64,000 nucleotides of DNA from an uncultured Pseudomonadota bacterium (GCA_963832525.1 CAWHUC010000002.1:5563-69562); one strand, 5' to 3'; positions 22,627 to 31,699 are shown, numbered from the stretch's first letter. A program made the numbers and translations. The notes: generated by a model not told the origin, from the sequence alone.

Positions 22627-23679
22627 ATGGCCCCGAACACCAGCCGCGTGTTCTACGTCAACGCCGTTTCCCACCCCGTCTTCCTGGAAATCCTCGGCCG
22701 CCGCCCGGATGTCCACGTCGACCGGCTGCGCAACGACAGCCCGGGGGCGGAAGCCGAGCCGGTGCTGGCCCAGGCGCACGCATACCAGATCGGCGCGACG
22801 CGGGACGAGCTGCCGCTGCGCTTCCACGGCACCGAGGCGCTGCTCGCGACCATGCCCAACCTGCTTGCCGTCTCCTCCAACGGCGCCGGCTACGATACCG
22901 TCGATGTGGCGGCCTGCACCGCGGCGGGCGTGGCCGTCGTGAACCAGTCGGGCGGCAACAAGGAAGGCGTCGCCGAGCATGTGCTCGGGCTGATGCTCGC
23001 GTTGTCCAAGCGCATCGGGGAGACCGACCGCTTCATGCGCACCCGGCCGGACATCCCGCGCACCGCTTACATGGGCCACGACATCCTGGGCCGCACCGTC
23101 GGCATCGTCGGGATCGGCAACGTGGGCTCGCGGGTGGCGGAGCTGTGCCGCGGCCTGTTCCGCATGCGCGTGCTCGCCTACGACCCCTATCTCAGCGCCG
23201 AGCAGATCGCCGCCCGCGGGGCGGAGAAGGTCACGCTCGAGGACCTGCTGGCGCAGTCGCACTACGTCTCGGTGAACTGCCCGCGCAACAAGGAAACCCT
23301 CGGCATGATCGGCGCGCGCGAGTTCGCGCTGATGCAGCCCGAAGCCTATTTCATCACCACCGCGCGCGGCGGCATCCACGACGAGGCGGCGCTGGCCGAG
23401 GCGCTGGCGGGCAAGCGGATCGCCGGTGCCGGGCTCGATGTGTGGGCCAAGGAGCCGCCAGAGCCGGACCATCCCCTGCTGCGCTTCGACAACGTGCTGG
23501 CGAGCCCGCACACCGCCGGCGTGACGCATGAATCGCGCCGCGAGATGGGTCGCTACGCCGCCGAGCAGATCCTCGACATCCTGGACGGCAAGCGCCCGCC
23601 GCGGTTGATCAACCCCGAGGTGTGGCCGGTCTATCGGGAACGCTTCGCGCGCATCCGCGGGTTCGCCACGGCGGCGTAG
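22627..23679 (+). CDS. D-isomer-specific 2-hydroxyacid dehydrogenase family protein
   Basis: GRTVGIVGIGNVGSRVA Rossmann motif, ...ITTARGGIHDEAAL...GAGLDVW..EP...HPLL...NVLASPHTAG; AGAGG RBS before ATG 22627. Confidence 0.85.
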   Translation: MAPNTSRVFYVNAVSHPVFLEILGRRPDVHVDRLRNDSPGAEAEPVLAQAHAYQIGATRDELPLRFHGTEALLATMPNLLAVSSNGAGYDTVDVAACTAAGVAVVNQSGGNKEGVAEHVLGLMLALSKRIGETDRFMRTRPDIPRTAYMGHDILGRTVGIVGIGNVGSRVAELCRGLFRMRVLAYDPYLSAEQIAARGAEKVTLEDLLAQSHYVSVNCPRNKETLGMIGAREFALMQPEAYFITTARGGIHDEAALAEALAGKRIAGAGLDVWAKEPPEPDHPLLRFDNVLASPHTAGVTHESRREMGRYAAEQILDILDGKRPPRLINPEVWPVYRERFARIRGFATAA

Positions 23680-23793
23680 CGGACCGGCGGCCAGGGCGCG
23701 CGGGGCGGAACCTCGCGCGCCCCGGCCCGCCCCCTTAGCCGCCCCCCTTGGGGCCGCCCCTGGCCGCGACTGCGATGCCCCGGTGCATCGACC

Positions 23794-25149
23794 TCACCTG
23801 GCCGCACCGCCCCAGGTGAAGGCGAATACCCGCCCGTCCCCGGCCAGGTAGATGCGCCCGCCCGCCACCAGCAGGGTGACGAAATGCCGCAGCCCCGGTA
23901 GCGGCGCGCGGCTCGTGAACACCGGCCGGCCGGTGTCGCCGCGGAACCCGTGCAGCCGCCCGTCCCCCTCGGCTCCGGCCACCCAGACGATCGGGTCGGC
24001 GTCGTCGGCGCCCGAGGTCGTGACGATCGGAATGCCCCGCCCGTCCAGCGGCGCGCACCAGACCGGGCGCAGACCCCCGGCGCTCACGGCCAGGGCCTCC
24101 ACCGCGGTCGTGCTGGACCTGTCCGGGCACAACACGGCCGGCGCCCGGTAGGCGAGCAGCACCTGTCCCCCGCTCCGATAGACCACCGGGGCGGTGATGA
24201 TCGGACCCGCCGCCACCTGGCGTACCGCCAGCGCTCCGCCGATCCCGCCGAGATCGCTGCGGTCGAGCAGATAGGCCTTGCCGTCCTTGCCCATCGCGAC
24301 CAGCCGCCTGGTCCCGTCGGGCAGGTCGATCGGCACCGGCACCGTGCCGCCGAGGTCGAGGTCCTGCGTATTCAAGGTCGGGTAGTCTACGGGGGCGAAG
24401 AAGTCGCGCTTGTCGGCGCCGCGCGGCAGGGCCGGGGTCTCGCGGAACACCCCTTCGCCGTCATCCCAGGACGCGGCCGGGTGCGGGCCGGCCGGTTCAT
24501 CCGGAGGGTCGGTGTTGCCGGCGGCGAAAAAGAGCCGTCCGCCCGCGACGCTGATCCCGCCGGGCGACCAGATGCCGCCTTTCTTCCCGCGCGTGACCCA
24601 GGCTGCGGTCAGATGCGGCGACGCGGTGGCAACGCCCAGCACCATGCCATGGTACTGCCCGCAATCGCCCGCCATGCCGCCATAGCCGAGGAAGACCTGG
24701 CCATCGAGCAGCGCCAGCGCCGTGCGCTGGTTCTGGTTGGCGGTGACGAACGGGATTCCGCGCGCGGCCAGTGCTGTGTGGACGTCGATCGGCCAGCCGG
24801 GCAGCACCGCCCCGTCGGCCAGCCGCAGCCCGAAGACCTCCTGCTGCGGGCCGTGCGGACCGGAGATCATGGCATCGAGGTAGATCGCGCCGGCGGCCGG
24901 ATCGATCACCGGCGTCCCCGTGATGCCGAGCGGGTCGATGTTGGAGCACGGCAGCGCCGCGGCCGGCACCGGAGTGCCCAGCCGCGTCTGCCATACCGGC
25001 CGGCCGGTGACGGCATCGAGCGCCATGACCACATTGTGCTCGGTCGCAACGATCACCCATCCCGGCCCACCGCCGGGCGGGTTCCAGAACAGCGGTTGCG
25101 CATAGACGGCGCCCGGAACGCGCCCGTCGAAGCCGCGGTCGCGGTGCAC
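23794..25149 (-). CDS. PQQ-like beta-propeller repeat protein (true N-terminus probably at 25359)
   Basis: Repetitive propeller-like sequence (VVMALDAVTGRPVWQTRLG..., LVAMGKDGKAYLLDRSDLGG..., WVAGAEGDGRLHGFRGDTGRPVF...). The in-frame upstream region encodes a signal peptide (WRCALPGALLLLLALAAPAAGRAAA) preceded by ATG-AGT-TGA. Confidence 0.6.
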   Translation of the reverse strand: MHRDRGFDGRVPGAVYAQPLFWNPPGGGPGWVIVATEHNVVMALDAVTGRPVWQTRLGTPVPAAALPCSNIDPLGITGTPVIDPAAGAIYLDAMISGPHGPQQEVFGLRLADGAVLPGWPIDVHTALAARGIPFVTANQNQRTALALLDGQVFLGYGGMAGDCGQYHGMVLGVATASPHLTAAWVTRGKKGGIWSPGGISVAGGRLFFAAGNTDPPDEPAGPHPAASWDDGEGVFRETPALPRGADKRDFFAPVDYPTLNTQDLDLGGTVPVPIDLPDGTRRLVAMGKDGKAYLLDRSDLGGIGGALAVRQVAAGPIITAPVVYRSGGQVLLAYRAPAVLCPDRSSTTAVEALAVSAGGLRPVWCAPLDGRGIPIVTTSGADDADPIVWVAGAEGDGRLHGFRGDTGRPVFTSRAPLPGLRHFVTLLVAGGRIYLAGDGRVFAFTWGGAAR

Positions 25150-25790
25150 ATCGGCGGCGGCGGCCCAGGTCAGGCCGGGCGCGAGATAATGCCCGCTGCG
25201 CGCCGCATCGGCGTGGTAGGTCAGGACGGAGGGCGCGGGCGCGGCCGCACGGCCGGCCGCCGGCGCGGCAAGCGCCAGGAGCAGCAGCGCGCCCGGCAGC
25301 GCGCAGCGCCACCCGCGCCAGGGCCGGACTGCGGGGCGCCGATGGCGGGATCAACTCATGCAAATACTCCTGCGGGCGGGATGTCCGCCCCGTCGGACGT
25401 GGGAACGGCAGCGCGGGACGCCGCCGCGGACGGCACGATCCGCTGGCCGCACAATGCCATACTCGGCGTGATCCCGACGACAGCGGAGAGAGCCGGCGCT
25501 TCCCGGATGCTGCGGACGATCCGCTCCGGTCGGCGGATGATAGCGGCAGCGCGCGCGTGCCTGGGTGAATTCGTCGGGATGTTGTCAGGTCCCGCTGGGG
25601 CCGGCGACCGACCGGTGATGGTCAGGCGACGTTCGTGTACGCCCAAAGCACGTTTCGCGGGGGACGCCATGCATTGGCCGCCGATGCACCCCGGAAATGA
25701 ACGCATCTGCCGGGGTCGCCTCGGTCCGTGGCGTTTGCAGGGCGGGGTCCGTGCCGGCGGCAGGCTTCGATGTCAACGCAGAGAGGAATT

Positions 25791-26006
25791 GAGGTGAGGA
25801 AGATCGAGGTCGCAGAGGGGCCGTCTCCCGCCGTGGCCGGATGCGCGCCCCCCTCGGAGGCGACCTGCGCGGGCCGTAGCGAGGCTTTGGCAGGGGGGGC
25901 AGTGGCCGGGTGCCGTCGGCCCGATCGCAGGTCGGTGGGGCGGGAGGTCCTCTGCGAACCACCCCCCCATCCTCTGCGACCTCGGGCTTCCTCGCCTTTC
26001 TTCTCA
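25791..26006. repeat. 26-bp inverted repeat pair (23/26 match) separated by 162 bp in a gene-poor stretch
   Basis: GAGGTGAGGAAGATCGAGGTCGCAGAGG (25791-25818) versus the reverse complement of CCTCTGCGACCTCGGGCTTCCTCGCC (25981-26006). Confidence 0.6.
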
Positions 26007-26181
26007 GTGTTGAAATCGAAACCTGGCCGCCGCCCGAAACCCGCAATCCGACGCACCCAATCCGACGCACCTAGCGCCTGCCTACGGCCTCTGCACGCGA
26101 AGCCGCCTCCGGAACGGGAAGTTTTCATCGCCGGACCCGGACCGGGACCGGGGCCGGGGCCGCGCACGCGCCGCACCGCGC

Positions 26182-26483
26182 TCAGGCAGCGCGCGGCGTC
26201 ACTTCGGGCTCCAGCCGTTCGCCCGACGCCAGCGCGGCGGTTTCCAACTCCCAGTCGCGTTGCAGGTTCGGTCAGAACTCCGGCGTGGTGCGGAAGTAGC
26301 GCGTCAGTCGCAGCACGGTCTCATCGCTGATCCCGCATCGCTCGGCGACGAGCGCCTGAATGCGGGTAACCGGGACGGCAAACTACTTGGCCGGGCAATA
26401 CGCGGTCAGGCCGAGGGGCGCATGAATTCTTCGCGCAATTGCGCACCGGGAAGGACGGGGGAAAGGTCGCGCAGCGCGGTCAC
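26182..26483 (-). pseudogene. HigA-type (Xre HTH) antitoxin relic
   Basis: Minus strand reads VTALRDLSPVLPGAQLREEFMRP / LGLTAYCPAK*FAVPVTRIQALVAERCGISDETVLRLTRYFRTTPEF*PNLQRDWELE... This is the HigA consensus (PGxxLxEEF..PLGL...I....RxIS.....RLxxYFGTxxEFWxNLQ), broken by one frameshift, one TAG and one TGA. Confidence 0.6.
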
Positions 26484-27580
26484 GCCACCCCGGCCCGCTT
26501 CTCGATCGCCGCCCGCAGCAGCGCCGCCCCGCGGTACACCCCGTGCACCATCTTCGAATACGGCAGGGTCACGAACAGCGCCAGGATCACCCCGAGGTGC
26601 ACCGCCAGCGCGATCCCCATCGCCCCGGTGCCGCGCAGCGCAAGCAGCGCCAGCCCCGTCAGCGCGGCGAAGAACAGCAGGCCGAGCAGCGCCACGTCCG
26701 CCCCCAGCAGCTCGCGCGCCGCCGGCATCGGATCATCCACCAGCTTCATCGCGAACAGTCCGAAGGTGCCCACCAGCAGCCCGATCCCCCCGAGCGTGCC
26801 CAGCAGCACGGGGAGGCTGAAGAATGGATACGGCGCCGCCCACCCCATGAACGAATCGTAGAAGAATCCGACGCAGGTCGCCGCGAAACACAGCAGGAAC
26901 CCGTACATCATCGCGTGGTGCAGCCGCCGCCGGCGCATCGAGAAGCGTTCCGAATTGTCGTTGCAGCCGCCGCCCCCGCCGCCGAGGTTCTTGAGGGTCG
27001 CGACATCATGCAGCGCCGCCGCAACGGCGGGAAAGGTGATCTTCCCGCGCCCCCCCGCATCCCGCCAGAACCGCCGCGCACCCATCCCCAGCGCCAGCAA
27101 GGAGAACAGGAAGGTGACGAGCCCCACTGCCTGCATCACCCAGAGCGGGATCACCCGGTAGAACGCCCCCGGCACCACCGCGTGCGCGCCATACAGCGCC
27201 GCGTCCGGCACCAGCCCCACCGTCAGCAGCAACAGCAGCGCGATCCCGGCGGCCACCGCCCCGGCCACCACCACCCCGTTGCGCTCGAACGCGCGTGCGA
27301 GCCGCGGCGGCCACGCATGTTCGGCATAGCTCTGCGCGCGCACCTGCGCGAGCCGGCGCGGCACGTTGATCCCCCATTCGTGCGGCGGCGCATACTGGCA
27401 CGCGTAATAGCAGCCGCGGCAGCCGTGGCAGAGGTTCGCGAGATAGCTCACGTCGCCGGCCGAGAATTCCCGGCGCAGGTTCACCGCGGGAAAGACCGCG
27501 CAGAAGCCCTCGCAGTAGCGGCAGGCGTTGCAGACCTCCAGCTCGTGGCGCGCGTCGCGCAGCGCGTCAGTTTCTTGCAT
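26480..27580 (-). CDS. tcuB: tricarballylate utilization 4Fe-4S membrane protein TcuB-like
   Basis: N-terminal Cys clusters CNACRYCEGFCAVFP and CHGCRGCYYACQYAPPHEW followed by multiple TM helices. Confidence 0.8.
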   Translation of the reverse strand: MQETDALRDARHELEVCNACRYCEGFCAVFPAVNLRREFSAGDVSYLANLCHGCRGCYYACQYAPPHEWGINVPRRLAQVRAQSYAEHAWPPRLARAFERNGVVVAGAVAAGIALLLLLTVGLVPDAALYGAHAVVPGAFYRVIPLWVMQAVGLVTFLFSLLALGMGARRFWRDAGGRGKITFPAVAAALHDVATLKNLGGGGGGCNDNSERFSMRRRRLHHAMMYGFLLCFAATCVGFFYDSFMGWAAPYPFFSLPVLLGTLGGIGLLVGTFGLFAMKLVDDPMPAARELLGADVALLGLLFFAALTGLALLALRGTGAMGIALAVHLGVILALFVTLPYSKMVHGVYRGAALLRAAIEKRAGVA

Positions 27581-28964
27581 GGCGTGCCGCCTCTTCCCCC
27601 GCGATGCGGCCGAACACCGTGCCGATCGTCATTCCGAAACCGGCCAGATATCCGCGGCCGAGGATGTTGCCCGCCATGATCTCGCCGGACGCATACAGGT
27701 TGGCTGCCGGCCGCCCGTCCTCCAGCAGCACCTGCGCGCGATCGTTCACCCGCACGCCGAGATAGGTGAAGGTGATGCCCGGGCGCAGCGGGTAGCCGGT
27801 GAAGGGCGGCGTGTCGATGCTGCGCGCCCAGTTGGTCTTGGGCGGATCGAGCCCTTCGGTGGCGCTGCCGTCCAGCTTCGTGTTGTCGAACTTCCCCGGT
27901 CGCACGGCCTGGTTGTAGCGCGCCACCGTCGCGCGCAGCTTCACCGGATCGAGCCCCAGCTTCTCCGCCAGCTCGCCCAGATTGTCCGCCACCACCGCCG
28001 GATAGACGGACGGCATGAACAGCGGCACCGACTTCGCATCGCAGACGGAATAGGCGATCTGCCCCGGCTGCTGCGCGATCAGCCGTCCCCAGATGGCGTA
28101 GCGCTTGGGCCAGACGTCCTCGCCCTCGTCGTAGAACCGCTCGGCGTCGCGATTGACCACGATGCTGTATGGTACCGAATCGAGACGGGTCGTGATCCCG
28201 CCGTCGAACTTGGGTGCCCGTGCGTCCAGCGCCACCGCATGGCACTGGGTCGGGTCGCCGACCGACGCGACTTTCTGGTCGAGCAGGTTGCGCAACAGCC
28301 GGCCGCGATTGAACGGCGTGCCGCGAATCACGAAATTGTCGACCGCGTCGCCCCAGTACTGCCGCATCCAGTCGAGATTGGCCTGGAAGCCGCCGCAGGC
28401 CGCGACCACGCAGCGCGCCGTCACGGTGCAGGGAAATCCCTTGTGGGTGATCTCCACCTGCCGCACTGCGCCGTCCCGCATGGGCAGGGCGACCACCTCG
28501 CTGTCATACAGGACATCGACCCCGAGCCGTTCGGCGGTGAGGTAATAAGCGTTCACCAGCGCCTTGCCGCCGCCGAGGAAGAAGGCGTTGGTGCGCGAGA
28601 GGTTCAACGTGCCGGTGAGCGACGGCTGGAACTGCACCCCGGCCTGCTTCATCCAGCCGAACACGCCGGAGGAGGCACGGATGGTCATGCGCGCCAGGTG
28701 CTCGTCGGTGTTGCCGCCGGTAACCCGCTTGAGGTCGTCCCAGTATTCGTCCTCCCCGTAGGATTCGGTGAGGACGTCCATCGGCGCCTCGTGCATGGCG
28801 CGCAGGTTGCGGGTGTGGCGGGAATTGCCGCCGCGCATGGCACGCGGGGCATGTTCCACCAGCAGGACGGAGGCGCCGTGCTGGCGCGCGGTAATCGCTG
28901 CGCACAGGGCAGCGTTGCCGCCGCCGGCGACCAAGACGTCGTAGGGCTTGCTCAGGTCGGGCAT
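27567..28964 (-). CDS. tcuA: FAD-dependent tricarballylate dehydrogenase TcuA-like
   Basis: MPDLSKPYDVLVAGGGNAALCAAITARQHGASVLLVEHAPRAMRGGNSRHTRN... FAD dinucleotide fold; overlaps tcuB by 14 nt; ATG 28962-28964. Confidence 0.8.
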   Translation of the reverse strand: MPDLSKPYDVLVAGGGNAALCAAITARQHGASVLLVEHAPRAMRGGNSRHTRNLRAMHEAPMDVLTESYGEDEYWDDLKRVTGGNTDEHLARMTIRASSGVFGWMKQAGVQFQPSLTGTLNLSRTNAFFLGGGKALVNAYYLTAERLGVDVLYDSEVVALPMRDGAVRQVEITHKGFPCTVTARCVVAACGGFQANLDWMRQYWGDAVDNFVIRGTPFNRGRLLRNLLDQKVASVGDPTQCHAVALDARAPKFDGGITTRLDSVPYSIVVNRDAERFYDEGEDVWPKRYAIWGRLIAQQPGQIAYSVCDAKSVPLFMPSVYPAVVADNLGELAEKLGLDPVKLRATVARYNQAVRPGKFDNTKLDGSATEGLDPPKTNWARSIDTPPFTGYPLRPGITFTYLGVRVNDRAQVLLEDGRPAANLYASGEIMAGNILGRGYLAGFGMTIGTVFGRIAGEEAARHARN

Positions 28965-29091
28965 GCGTGCTGTGTACGAACCAAGCGGCAGCGGCGCAAG
29001 CCGGGCCGGCCCAACTAAGGACCCCCCGACCCGGCGCCCGCGACCCGCCGGGGGCAGGCTGCGGGCGGTCCGCGTCCAGGAGTTTTTCCCC

Positions 29092-29616
29092 ATGCCAGAT
29101 CCCGCCCCCTGGTACCAGACCACGGTCGAGGTGCTGAAGCGCCACGACGTCCGGCTGGTAACCTACGTCCCCGACAACGTGCTGCGCCCGCTGATCGAGG
29201 CGGTACACGCCGATCCGTTCTTCACCCCGCTGGTCGCGACCAGAGAAGAAGAAGCGCTCGGCATCGTCTCGGGCGCCTGGATGGCCGGGCTGCGCGGCAT
29301 CCTGCTGATGCAGACCTCGGGCTTCGCGACGCTGCCGAACGTGATCGCCTCGCTCGCGGTACCGTTCCAGATCCCGGTGCTGATGATGGTCTCCGAACGC
29401 GGCACCTTGGGCGAGTTCAACCAGGGCCAGGCGCTGGTGGCGAAGACCATGCGCCCGGTGCTGGATGCGCTGGCGATCGAGCACCACACCATGACACGGG
29501 CCGACGAGGTGGAATTCATCCTCGACCGCTCGATCCGCCAGGCGGTGGCCACGCGGGCGCCGGCCTGTTTCATCCTGTCGCCGCTGTTGACCGGCGGCAA
29601 AGTGTTCGCGGCGTAA
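29092..29616 (+). CDS. ThDP-dependent decarboxylase alpha subunit (sulfopyruvate decarboxylase ComD-like)
   Basis: 174 aa, N-terminal pyrimidine-binding-domain-like sequence (VTYVPDNVLRPL...REEEALGIVSGAWMAGLRGILLMQTSGFATLPNVIASL). Confidence 0.65.
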   Translation: MPDPAPWYQTTVEVLKRHDVRLVTYVPDNVLRPLIEAVHADPFFTPLVATREEEALGIVSGAWMAGLRGILLMQTSGFATLPNVIASLAVPFQIPVLMMVSERGTLGEFNQGQALVAKTMRPVLDALAIEHHTMTRADEVEFILDRSIRQAVATRAPACFILSPLLTGGKVFAA

Positions 29617-29627
29617 GGGGCGGGACC

Positions 29628-30242
29628 ATGTCATTCGCAGCCAACCATCCGGTGCGCCGGAACGAAGCCAAGGTGATGAGCCGGGCCGATCTGACCCGCC
29701 GGCTGGTCGCGCGCCTGCACCACGGCGAAGCGGTGATCGGCGGCATCGGCTATGCCAATTTCGACCTCTGGGGTGCGGGACACCGGGCAGAGAATTTCTA
29801 TATGCTGGGGAGCATGGGGCTTGCCGTGCCGATCGCGCTCGGCGTGGCGATCGCCCAGCCGGCGCGGCGTGTGGTGGCGCTGGAGGGCGACGGGTCGGTG
29901 CTGATGCAGTTGGGCGCGCTGGCGACGGTGGCGGGGCTGCGGCCGGCGAACCTGATGATCGTGATCTGGGACAACGGCGCGTATCAGATCACCGGCGGAC
30001 AGCCGACCGCGGCGGCGGCGGCGGCGGATATCGTCGCGATCGCGCGCGGGGCCGGCATCGCGCAGAGCGCCTGGGCCGCGGACGAAGGCGATTTCGAGGA
30101 AATGATCGCCCGCGCGCTGACCGAGGACGGGCCGTGGCTGATCGGCTGCCGGATCGATGCGGCGAAGCCGACCGCGACGACGGAGCGGGATCCGGCGCGG
30201 ATTCGGGATCGGTTCATGCGTGGGATCGCTGTGGGGGGGTAG
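29628..30242 (+). CDS. ThDP-dependent decarboxylase beta subunit (ComE-like)
   Basis: GSMGLAVPIALGVAIA...ALEGDGSVLMQLGALATV...IWDNGAYQITGGQ = ThDP/Mg-binding GDG...N motif; 12 nt after the alpha subunit; alternative ATG at 29676. Confidence 0.65.
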   Translation: MSFAANHPVRRNEAKVMSRADLTRRLVARLHHGEAVIGGIGYANFDLWGAGHRAENFYMLGSMGLAVPIALGVAIAQPARRVVALEGDGSVLMQLGALATVAGLRPANLMIVIWDNGAYQITGGQPTAAAAAADIVAIARGAGIAQSAWAADEGDFEEMIARALTEDGPWLIGCRIDAAKPTATTERDPARIRDRFMRGIAVGG

Positions 30243-30377
30243 GGCGGGGTCAGGGAATAGCTGCACCGCGCACGGCAGGACGCGGGGCACCCCGTCCTGC
30301 CGGCGACGCCTTCCCAGGCGAAGGTCGGAGGCCGGGAACGACGGCGTTGCGGCCTCGTACCGGGGACCACGGGCCGA

Positions 30378-30635
30378 CGCGAAGAAGAAGGTTTTAACCG
30401 CAAATAACGCAAATGGTCGCAAATGAACGCAAATAGCTCAGGTGATCGAAGCCCCTGAACGACACGTTCGAGCTTCAGGCTTAGCTGATCGGAATTCCGA
30501 AGCGTATTGGCAACAGCCAGTGTGCGCCGCCGATAACAAACCGGAAATTCCTCCGATTCTGGCCTTATTTGCGTCCTTTGCGGCCATTTGCGTTATTGCG
30601 TTTCACCTTCCTTTTCCCTGCCAAACGCGAAGAAG
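30378..30635. mobile_element. MITE-like palindromic element with ~50-bp terminal inverted repeats built from phased CGCAAAT units
   Basis: The left arm, AAGGTTTTAACCGCAAATAACGCAAATGGTCGCAAATGAACGCAAATA, matches the reverse complement of the right arm (30565-30610). The core is AT-richer. CGCGAAGAAG occurs at both borders (30378-30387, 30626-30635). No ORF. Confidence 0.6.
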
Positions 30636-30790
30636 CCGTTGGCCGCCGCCCACTGCGTCGACAGGTCATCTGGCATCCGGCAGAAGAGTTGGCTGAATCC
30701 GGCGCAGCCGCATCCCCGGTTGGGCGCGCCCCCCTCCAATGACATACTCCCCCGCCCCCGCACCGAACGCCCACCCCAAGGGAACGCCCC

Positions 30791-31672
30791 ATGGACATCA
30801 TGCCCGGCTTCACGCTCACCGACATCGAAACCAGCGGGGCCCGCATCCGCCTGCGTCACGGCGGCAGCGGCCCGCCGCTCCTTCTGCTGCACGGCAATCC
30901 GCTGACCCACGTCGCCTGGCACAAGCTCGCCCCCGCCTTGGCCGAACGCTTCCACGTCATCGCCGCCGACCTGCGCGGCTACGGCGACAGCTCCGCCCCG
31001 CCCGAGGACCCGGACCACGGGAATTATTCGTTCCGCGCGATGGCGCAGGACCAGGTCGAGGTGATGCGCGCGCTCGGCCACGATCGCTTCTTCGTCGCCG
31101 GCCACGACCGCGGCGGACGCACCACGCATCGCATGTGCCTCGACCATCCGGACAAGGTGATCCGCGCCGCGATCCTCGACATCGTGCCCACGCTCGACAT
31201 GTGGGCCGCGATGGACAAGGACGGCGCGATCAGTGGCTGGCACTGGCCGTTCATGGCCCAGCCGGCGGATTTCCCCGAGCGCATGCTGGGCAGCGTTCCC
31301 GCCGACTGGTTCATGCGCAAGAAGCTCCTGAAGCTCACCGCCAACCTCGACCACATTCCCCCCGCGATCTGGGACGAGTACGTCCGCTGCTTCAACGAGA
31401 AGACGATCCGCGGCTCCTGCGCCGACTATCGCGCCGCCGCGACGATCGACTGCGCGCTCGACACCGCCGATCTCGGCCGCAAGCTCGACATGCCGATCCT
31501 GGCGCTGTGGGGCAATACCAGCAGCGTGGGCAAGCGGTTCGTCGATCCCCTGGGCCTCTGGCGGCAGCGCGCGACGGACGTGCGCGGCGAAGCGCTGCCG
31601 AGCGGCCATTACGTGAACGAAGAAGCCCCCGCCCAGGTACTCGACTGGTTCCTGCGCTTCTTTTCCGGATAG
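30791..31672 (+). CDS. alpha/beta hydrolase, haloacetate (fluoroacetate) dehalogenase-like
   Basis: LLLLHGNPLTHVAWHKLAP...VAGHDRGGRTTHRM (nucleophile Asp-Arg motif)...WHWPFMAQP...GHYVNEEAP. Confidence 0.7.
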   Translation: MDIMPGFTLTDIETSGARIRLRHGGSGPPLLLLHGNPLTHVAWHKLAPALAERFHVIAADLRGYGDSSAPPEDPDHGNYSFRAMAQDQVEVMRALGHDRFFVAGHDRGGRTTHRMCLDHPDKVIRAAILDIVPTLDMWAAMDKDGAISGWHWPFMAQPADFPERMLGSVPADWFMRKKLLKLTANLDHIPPAIWDEYVRCFNEKTIRGSCADYRAAATIDCALDTADLGRKLDMPILALWGNTSSVGKRFVDPLGLWRQRATDVRGEALPSGHYVNEEAPAQVLDWFLRFFSG

Positions 31673-31699
31673 GCCGGAGCACGCGAACGCGCGCCGCGG

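Noticed and set aside
22060-23529. 489-aa ORF on the - strand
   Set aside because: It is antisense to the 2-hydroxyacid dehydrogenase and overlaps rpsL in another frame. The composition is low-complexity Arg/Gly/Ala, so it is a GC-driven artefact.
25351-26274. UGA recoded as Trp or selenocysteine
   Set aside because: UGA is used as an ordinary stop by many well-defined genes here and as the prfB regulatory stop. No SECIS-like hairpin follows either site. Point lesions explain both cases.
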